The notes under the pieces: model-generated | Told to the model about the DNA's origin: nothing | The model's input: the letters and a program-made list of their open reading frames with translations, nothing else | Databases searched by the model: none | Source of the DNA: Candidatus Eiseniibacteriota bacterium | GTDB taxonomy: Bacteria; Eisenbacteria; RBG-16-71-46; CAZEPH01 | DNA length: 24,858 bases | NCBI GenBank assembly: GCA_044229145.1 | Contig: JBGATO010000047.1 | Span: 6,259-31,116 of the forward strand | Direction of reading: 5' to 3' | Part shown: piece after piece, positions 17,974 to 24,858 of the stretch | How positions within the stretch are numbered: the first letter of the stretch is position 1 | Layout of the letters: each line of letters begins with the position of its first letter | Program-made: the position numbers and the translations under genes

Positions 17974-19302
17974 TTACGCGCCGACGACCATGAGCTCCGG
18001 GTTCTCGAGGAACTCGCAGATGCGGCGCAGGAACTGCACCGCGATGTGGCCGTCGATGATGCGGTGGTCGAACGTCACCACCAGCGTCGACATCAAGCGC
18101 GGCACCACTTCGCCGTTCCGCACCACGGCGCGCTGCTCGATGGCGTGCACGCCGAGGATCGCGACCTCCGGGTAGGCGATGATCGGCGTCGACGACTTGG
18201 CGCCGAAGCCGCCGGCGTTGGTCACCGAAAAGGTGCCGCCGGTGATTTCGTCCATCGTCACCTTGCCCTGGTGCGCGCGCGCGCCGAGGTCCTCGAGTTC
18301 GCGCGCGATCTCGACGACGGTCTTCTTGTCGCAGTCCTTGATCACCGGGACGATGAGACCGCGGTCGGCACCCACCGCCACGCCGATGTTGTAGTACTTC
18401 TTGTAGACGATGTTGTCGCCGACCACCGAGGCGTTGAGCAGCGGCCACTCGCGTAGCGCCATCGCCGCCGCCTTGATGAAGAACGGCGTGTAGGTGAGCT
18501 TGATGCCCTTGGCGTCGAGCTGCGGCTTCCAGCGCTTGCGCAACTCGGCGACCGCGGTCATCTCGACCTCGTCGAAGGTCGTGACGTCCGGCGCCGTGTA
18601 CTTCGAGCGCGCCATCGCCTCGCTGATCTTCTTGCGGATGGTCGTCATCGGGACGACCTCTTCGAGCGCGGTCGACTGCGGCACGTAGGCCGGAGCCGGC
18701 GCAGCCGCCACCGGCGCGTAGCTCGGCGCCGCGGCAGGCGCGGCCGCCGGACGCGGCGCGGCGGTGCCGGCGCCACCGGCCGCCACGAAGGCGAGGACGT
18801 CGTCCTTGGTCACGCGGCCGCCGGCGCCACTGCCGGCGATGCGGGTGATGTCGACACTGTGCTCGCGCGCCAGGCGGCGCACCGCCGGCGACGTCCGCTG
18901 ACCGTCGAAGTTGGCGCCGTTCGCGGAGGCCGGAGCCGCCGCGACGGGGGCCGGAGCCGCCGCCACCGGCGCGGGCGCCGGAGCAGCCGCCGGAGCGGGA
19001 GCCGGCGCAGGCGCAGCCGCCGCCACCGGAGCCGGCGCGGGCGCCGCGGCACCCGCCGTCTCACCCGCGGTCAGGATGGACCCGATCTCGGTGCCCACCG
19101 GCAACGTCGCGCCTTCGCCCACCAGGATCTTGCCGAGCGTCCCGGCGGCCGGCGCCGGAATCTCGATCGAGATCTTGTCGGTGGCGATTTCGACGATCGG
19201 CTCGTCGAGCTTGACCGGGTCACCCTCCGCCTTCAGCCACTTCGCAACAGTTCCCTCGACGACCGACTCGCCGAGCTGCGGAATCACGATCGATTGCGGC
19301 AC
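17974..19302 (-). CDS. 2-oxo acid dehydrogenase E2, dihydrolipoamide acyltransferase (single lipoyl domain)
   Basis: PQLGESVVEGT..TDK lipoyl domain, Ala/Pro linker, SPAVRRLARE..GSGAGGRVTKDDV E3-binding domain and DHRIIDG catalytic motif. GTG 19302 fits the GGAGG spacing better than ATG 19308. Confidence 0.92.
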   Translation of the reverse strand: MPQSIVIPQLGESVVEGTVAKWLKAEGDPVKLDEPIVEIATDKISIEIPAPAAGTLGKILVGEGATLPVGTEIGSILTAGETAGAAAPAPAPVAAAAPAPAPAPAAAPAPAPVAAAPAPVAAAPASANGANFDGQRTSPAVRRLAREHSVDITRIAGSGAGGRVTKDDVLAFVAAGGAGTAAPRPAAAPAAAPSYAPVAAAPAPAYVPQSTALEEVVPMTTIRKKISEAMARSKYTAPDVTTFDEVEMTAVAELRKRWKPQLDAKGIKLTYTPFFIKAAAMALREWPLLNASVVGDNIVYKKYYNIGVAVGADRGLIVPVIKDCDKKTVVEIARELEDLGARAHQGKVTMDEITGGTFSVTNAGGFGAKSSTPIIAYPEVAILGVHAIEQRAVVRNGEVVPRLMSTLVVTFDHRIIDGHIAVQFLRRICEFLENPELMVVGA

Positions 19303-19374
19303 CTTCATCTCCTCCTTCGGCGGCGGGCGTGCGCGGCGAGGTCGCCGCGGCGCGCGAGGCCGCGCGGGCTCCAG

Positions 19375-20358
19375 CTAGAACGCGGCGAGCTCTTCCACCG
19401 CGGCGTAGATCTTGTCGGCGTTCGGCATGAAGAACGCTTCCATCTGCGGCGCGAACGGCAGCGTCGGCACCTCGGGCGGCGTGACACGGCGGATCGGCGC
19501 GTCGAGGTACTCGAAGCACTCGTCCGCGGCCGTCGCGGCGATCTCACCGCCGATGCCGCAGGTGCGGATGTCCTCGTGCACGACGAGCAAGCGCCCCGTC
19601 TTCTTCACCGACTCGAGCACCATGTCCTTGTCCCACGGGTAGACGGTGCGCAGGTCGATGACCTCGCAGTCGATGCCCGCGGCCGCCGCGCGCTCCGCCG
19701 CCTCGAGCGACTTGTGCAGCATGTAGCTGTACGCGACGATCGTGAGGTCGGAGCCCGGGCGCTTGATGTCGGCCTTGCCGAGCGGAATGACGTAGTCGTC
19801 CTCCGGCACCTCGGCGCGCACCGAGCGGTACAGCTTCTTGTGCTCCATGTAGAGCACCGGGTTCGGGTCGCGCATCGCGGCGGTGAGCAAGCCCTTCGCG
19901 TCGTACGGCGTCGACGGCAGGATCACCTTGAGGCCCGGGCAGTGCGCGAACCACGCCTCGTTGCACTGCGAGTGGTAGAGACCGCCGCCGACGTCACCGC
20001 CGATCGGCACGCGGATCGTGATGTTGACCGGCTGCGCGCCGCCGGTGCGGTAGCACATGCGGCTCGCCTGCTCGACGATCTGGTCGAACGCGCAGGTGAT
20101 GAAGTCGGAGAACTGGATCTCCGGCACCGGCACCATGCCGGCCATCGCGGCCCCGATCGCCGCGCCGACGATCAGCGACTCGCTGAGCGGCGAGTCGAGC
20201 ACGCGCCAGTCGCCGAACTCGGTGTGCAGGCCCATGGTGGCCTTGAACACGCCGCCGTAGAACCCGATGTCTTCCCCGAGCATGCACACGCGCGGGTCCT
20301 TGCGCATCTCCTCGCGCAGCGCGAGCGTGATGGCTTCGATGTAGGTGATGGGCTTCAT
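19375..20358 (-). CDS. 2-oxo acid dehydrogenase E1 beta subunit (probably branched-chain type)
   Basis: GEDIG..GGVF, DSPLSE, EIQF.DF, GGLYHSQ and EVIDLRT motifs; LYHSQ is typical of branched-chain keto-acid dehydrogenase beta chains. Confidence 0.92.
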   Translation of the reverse strand: MKPITYIEAITLALREEMRKDPRVCMLGEDIGFYGGVFKATMGLHTEFGDWRVLDSPLSESLIVGAAIGAAMAGMVPVPEIQFSDFITCAFDQIVEQASRMCYRTGGAQPVNITIRVPIGGDVGGGLYHSQCNEAWFAHCPGLKVILPSTPYDAKGLLTAAMRDPNPVLYMEHKKLYRSVRAEVPEDDYVIPLGKADIKRPGSDLTIVAYSYMLHKSLEAAERAAAAGIDCEVIDLRTVYPWDKDMVLESVKKTGRLLVVHEDIRTCGIGGEIAATAADECFEYLDAPIRRVTPPEVPTLPFAPQMEAFFMPNADKIYAAVEELAAF

Positions 20359-20376
20359 GGTAAGGGCTCGATTCTC

Positions 20377-21477
20377 CTACTCGCCGTAGTACACGTCGGT
20401 CAGCGCTTCCTCGGGCGGCGCAATCGGGCTCGCCTCGGAGTGGTGCACCGCGTCGTCGATTTCTTCCTCGACCCCGGCGAGGATCGCGTCGAGCTCGCTC
20501 TGGGTGTAGATCTTGGCCTTCAGCATGTGGGCCTCGAGGCGGGCGAGCGGATCCTTCGCCTTCCACTCGTCGACCTCGTCCTGCGTGCGGTAGTTCGCCG
20601 GGTCCACGGCCGAGTGGCCGTACCAGCGGTAGGTCACCGCTTCGATCAGCGTCGGGCCGTCGCCGCGGCGGGCGCGTTCGACGGCTTCCTTGGCGACGTC
20701 GTACATCGCGAAGGTGTCGTTGCCGTCGACGGTGTAGCCCGGCATGCCGTACCCGGCGGCGCGGTCCGAGATGCGCTCGGCGCCGCAGTTCCACTTCACC
20801 GGCACCGACTCCGCCCACAGGTTGTTCTTGCAGACGAAGATGCAGCCCAGTTTGTGGATGCCGGCGAAGTTGAGCGCCTCGTGGAAGTCGCCACGCGCGG
20901 TGGCGCCATCGCCGAAGAACGCCATCGCGACGGCGTCGTCGCCCTTGATCTTCGAGGCCCAGCCCACGCCGGTGGCGAGCGGAATCTGCCCCGCCACGGT
21001 GGACGCGCCGACTACGAAGTTCAGCTCGATCGAGCCCCAGTGCCCCGGGTGGCTCTTGCCCTTGTCGAGGCCGGCCAGGCGGGCGAACTCGTGCAAGGTC
21101 ATCTCGCGCAGCGTCAGGCCCTTGGCGACGGCGGCGCCGCACTCGCGGTGCGACGGCATCACCCAGTCCTTCTTGGCGAGCAGCGCGGTCGGGATGCACG
21201 TCGCGGCTTCCTCGCCGACGCCCGGGAACACGTTCCCGTGGAAGCGGCCCTGCCGGAACAGCTTCATGTAGCGCTCTTCGAGGCGGCGCGACACCAGCAT
21301 GATCCGGTACAGGCGCTGGATCTCCTGGACCGAGGGAGTGTGCTTGTAGCTCGCCTTGCCGTTCGCCGATGCCGTTGCCGGCCGGCTGACGGTGCTCGCC
21401 TTGGCCCGGGCGGCCGCCTTCGGCTTGCCCGTCTTCGCGCCCTTGCTCTTCTTCTTGGGCGACGTCTTCACAGCCAC
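20377..21477 (-). CDS. Thiamine-diphosphate-dependent 2-oxo acid dehydrogenase E1 alpha subunit
   Basis: GGAGGAG RBS, then GTG at 21477; GEEA; ThDP motif FFGDGAT..GDFHEALNFA....NN; YRWYGHS..D. Confidence 0.92.
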   Translation of the reverse strand: MAVKTSPKKKSKGAKTGKPKAAARAKASTVSRPATASANGKASYKHTPSVQEIQRLYRIMLVSRRLEERYMKLFRQGRFHGNVFPGVGEEAATCIPTALLAKKDWVMPSHRECGAAVAKGLTLREMTLHEFARLAGLDKGKSHPGHWGSIELNFVVGASTVAGQIPLATGVGWASKIKGDDAVAMAFFGDGATARGDFHEALNFAGIHKLGCIFVCKNNLWAESVPVKWNCGAERISDRAAGYGMPGYTVDGNDTFAMYDVAKEAVERARRGDGPTLIEAVTYRWYGHSAVDPANYRTQDEVDEWKAKDPLARLEAHMLKAKIYTQSELDAILAGVEEEIDDAVHHSEASPIAPPEEALTDVYYGE

Positions 21478-21683
21478 GCGGAACTCCTCCTGCACTGTGC
21501 GTGAGGTGCACTGCTCTGAGTGCGTGCGATACGGCGGCGGCGCGCTTGGAACGTCCGTCGGCAACGCGGGGGACGGACACGATGAGAGGGCGCCGGAGAC
21601 AGAACCCTGCCTGCATGCGCGAGCCCGCCCCTGGCGATGTTCGGCATCGTCCGGCGGGCGCACAGGCGGCAAACAGAAGCGGC

Positions 21684-21712
21684 ACAGTACCATGCAGGGC
21701 GGAGAGCGTCAA
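21684..21712 (-). promoter_or_regulatory. Candidate sigma70 promoter of the dehydrogenase operon
   Basis: TTGACG-17 bp-TACTGT with an extended -10 TG on the minus strand. Confidence 0.6.
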
Positions 21713-21781
21713 TTTGAGGTGGGGGACCGATGGAGTATGTCCGCGGGAGGCATCGCGCCTCGACTGAACATGCGAGCACCA

Positions 21782-21810
21782 TTGTTCGCCGCGACCTCCT
21801 GGCCTACTGT
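21782..21810 (+). promoter_or_regulatory. Candidate divergent promoter for the solA-like gene
   Basis: TTGTTC-17 bp-TACTGT; same -10 hexamer as the divergent operon promoter. Confidence 0.4.
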
Positions 21811-21870
21811 TCGACTCGAGAGCACACTTGAGGTGTGCATCCCATGGAGCCGCGGAGGATTGCGAGCAGG

Positions 21871-22999
21871 ATGAAGAGCTTCGACCTCGCGGTCGCCGGA
21901 CTTGGGGCGATGGGCAGCGCGGTGGCCTACGACGCGGCACGGCGCGGCCTGCGGGTGATCGGCTTCGACCGCTTCGCGCCGCCGCACGCCCTCGGTTCGT
22001 CGCACGGCGAGACGCGGATCATCCGCGAGGCCTACTTCGAGCACCCGGCGTACGTGCCGCTCGTGCAACGCGCCTACGACCGCTGGCAGGAACTCGAGCT
22101 GGCGAGCGATCGCGCGCTGCTGCGCCCCACCGGCGGACTCATGATCGGCGCGCCGGAGAGCGTGCTGGTGCAGGGCGCGCTGGCGTCGGCTCGCGCCCAC
22201 GGCCTGCCGCACGAGATCTTGGGGCCGGCCGACGTGCGCGGCCGCTTCCCCGCCTTCCATCTCCCGAACGATCACGTCGCGGTGTGGGAGCCGCGCGCCG
22301 GCGTGTTGGCGCCGGAGCAGTGCATCGACGCGCACTTGCAACTCGCGCTGCGGTTCGGCGCGGAGCTGCGGCCCCACGAGCCGCTCGCCGCGTGGGAGGC
22401 CGACGGCGACGGCGTGCGGATCACCACGCCGCGCGGCGTCTATCACGCGGCGCGACTGGTGCTGGCCACCGGCGCGTGGATCGTTCCGCTGGCGGCGGCG
22501 TGCGGCGTGCCGCTCACCGTCTCGCGGCAGACGCTGCACTGGTTCCGCCCCGCCGGCGCGCTCGAGCGTTCGATCCCGAGCGCTTCCCGATCTACATCTG
22601 GGAGCACGACGCCGAACGCTGGATTTACGGCTTCCCCGCGCTCGGCGGCCGCGTGAAGGTCGCGCGGCACCACGGCGGCGTGCTGACGACACCTGACGCG
22701 CTCGACCGCAGCGTGCATGCCGACGATGTCGACGACGTGCGCGCGCCGTTCGCCGCACTGCTGCCGGGCGCCGATGGCGCGTGGCTCGAGGGTAGTGCCT
22801 GCATGTACACGTCGACCGCCGACGGTCACTTCGTCGTCGATCTCCATCCGGCGCACCCGCAGGTCGTCGTGCTATCGGCGTGCAGCGGACACGGGTTCAA
22901 GTTCGCGAGCGCGCTCGGCGAGGCGGCAGTGGATCTCGCCGTCGACGGCCGCGCGCGCGCGACCTGTCGCTGTTCGCGCTGCGGCGTTTCGCCACCTGA
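21871..22999 (+). CDS. solA: N-methyl-L-tryptophan oxidase / monomeric sarcosine oxidase family flavoprotein; two apparent -1 frameshifts (~22568, ~22958)
   Basis: GLGAMGS FAD motif and GSSHGETRIIR.AYFE in the first frame; CMYT.T.DGHF and CSGHGFKF in the second frame; C-terminal DLSLFALRRFAT* in the third frame. Confidence 0.85.
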
Positions 23000-23150
23000 C
23001 GGGACGCCACGCGTCTACGGAGCACGGCAACATACCCAGAGAAGTGTATTGTCAGTGATAGCGTGCCTATGGAAGGTGTAAGCCTCGCAGTTTTGTGAGC
23101 CCTCTCGGATGCATCGCCATCCTCCCCTGAACTTGAAGGAGACCAGACCT

Positions 23151-24846
23151 GTGAAAATCGTGGCGCACAGTCTCTGGTGGTCGCGGTCCTCACTACCGCG
23201 GCTCATGCGGCTCATCTGACGAAGTCCGAGATCAAGGCTTTTGAATCGGAACGCAAACCCGCACCGGCCACTCTACGCGCCGCACCAACGTCACTCGTAC
23301 CGTCTATCGCGACACGCCGGCGGGCCAGGCCTACTTCGTCTACAGCGTGGATCGACTCTTTCCACCACGCGCGCCAGAAACGGTCACGATCCGCAAGATC
23401 TCCGGCGATGCGCAACGAGTTGACATTGCCGTACGATCCGCCAAGCATGGCGGAGGCACGATCTCCTTCTTCCCCGCCCCTGGAACCGAATTCGAGCGGG
23501 ACGACTTTCTCGCACTCCTCGGCGACGCGCTGGTCTTTGATCCCTCCATGCCGACGGCCCCGCAATGCATCGCCAACTTGAAGAGTCACGTCATTCACGC
23601 CCGTGGCTGCAATCACCTGCCGCCCGCGGACCTACGGCAAGAGTATTCCACTCTCGACGCCGCGAAGGCGGCGGGCCACAAGGTTTGTGCAATCTGCTTC
23701 CGCGCGTCGCCTCGCGTCTCAGGCTACGGTCTCGAATTGCGACTGGGCGAAGCGACAGCCGGATCGCTCCGGCAGCGCACGCCCCAAGTGGTCGATCCCG
23801 AACTGAACGCGCGCGTTTCCGAAGCCGGCCAGCGTGTGCTCGCCTCCTGGCCTGTTCCCCTCCGTGGGTATCAATACAAATTCGGCGTGGTGGACGACGA
23901 CGCGCCAAACGCCGTCGCGTGTCCCGCTGGGCGAATCTACGTCACCACCGGGCTTCTCGATGCGGTTGAGGACGATGCCGAGTTGGATGCCGTGCTCGCG
24001 CACGAGATCACTCACGTCGAAAGGCGGCATGGCTACCGGCAGTATCGCCGGGCTCAAACCGCAAGCGTCATCGGCGGTATCGCCAGCATCCTCATCGGTG
24101 CCGCCGCGGAGAAGGCGACCAAATCACCCAGTACGGGTAGCGCGGTGGCTGATGTCGTACGAGCAATGGCGGATATCGCGACCGTGATCGCCCTGACGGG
24201 ATACGGGCGGAGCGAAGAAAGCGAAGCGGATTCGTATGCACTAGCCTGGGCGGCCAGTCGGCCGGGCGGCTCGTCCGCCTCCCTCGTGCAGATGCTGTCA
24301 AAGCTGAAGTACGCGGAGAGCAAGAACTCGGAACCGGAGCGCGGCGCTGATCTATTGTCCTCACATCCGCAAATCGATGATCGAATCTCGAAGGCGCGCG
24401 CGACACAAGTGCGTGAGTTCGCGGGAACTCCACGATTTGCCGCGTTCGATAAGGACGGCAATGTCCTGATGACTGTCGAACTGGATCTCCAAGCGTACTT
24501 CGACTACATGACACCTTCAACCAAGTCATCTTCCAATCCGAATCAGTTGCGCACTCCAGTACCGACGCTCGAAAGAAAGCGCGAAGTCCAGGTCTTCGCA
24601 AGCGTGGAAACCAGCAGCGAGCTCGCCGAAAAACTGAAGATCCGGAGCATCGTCCTGACTAGCGGCGGCGAGCGTTACGAACTCGACAATCGCGAGGACA
24701 CCGAACTGTCGCCTGTCGAGACGGCAGGGATGAACTTCTCGAGTTCGAACGGCAAGGGGCTGCTACCCGATCGGCTCGACTCGATCACTGTCCCGGGACT
24801 CTCTGAAGTGGGTCACTGGGAGCGCGTCGACTCGAGCAGCGATTAG
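23151..24846 (+). CDS. M48-family Zn metallopeptidase with an Ada-like Zn-binding domain; the 5' end appears frameshifted twice (intact ORF 23347-24846)
   Basis: NAVACPAGRIYVTTGLL, AVLAHEITH (HExxH, 24001-24015), E.EAD and LSSHP..DRI motifs. AAGGAG at 23136-23141 plus GTG 23151 give a reconstructed signal peptide MKIVAHS..VVAVLTTAAHA. Confidence 0.75.
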
Positions 24847-24858
24847 GCTTGGCGAAAA

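Noticed and set aside
18690..19060. Low-complexity GCC/CCG repeats in E2
   Set aside because: Ordinary Ala/Pro-rich flexible linkers of E2 subunits
17974..21477. Gene symbols pdhA/pdhB/pdhC versus bkdA1/bkdA2/bkdB
   Set aside because: Motifs lean towards the branched-chain type, but substrate specificity cannot be fixed without phylogeny, so symbols were left blank

Overview
This is a GC-rich bacterial window with four parts. (1) A giant (~2,925 aa) secreted multidomain surface protein (493-9272, one apparent 1-bp frameshift near 907). It carries a MAM-like domain, a beta-helix, three InlB-B/Flg_new-like repeats, two cohesin-like domains, 15 cadherin-like (He_PIG-type) repeats and a C-terminal FlgD/T9SS-type domain. 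(2) A minus-strand 2-oxo acid dehydrogenase operon (E1alpha, E1beta, E2, E3; motifs favour the branched-chain type). It is separated from lipB by ~6.3 kb holding two tandem Uma2-family nuclease genes (one with an in-frame TGA), a double integrin-like FG-GAP propeller protein and a BNR/Asp-box propeller protein. (3) A frameshifted solA/sarcosine-oxidase-like gene. (4) A lower-GC M48 peptidase fused to an Ada-like Zn-binding domain. The most striking observation is the cysteine pattern of the giant protein, which implies a disulfide at every inter-domain junction in place of the usual DxD calcium loop, i.e. a covalently stapled rod. Also notable: an 88-bp terminator/promoter/palindrome element in front of each Uma2 gene is better conserved than the genes, and the E3 catalytic His motif is altered. 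All five frameshifts are -1 shifts, which suggests long-read consensus errors. Domain and taxonomy calls are by eye; no searches were run.
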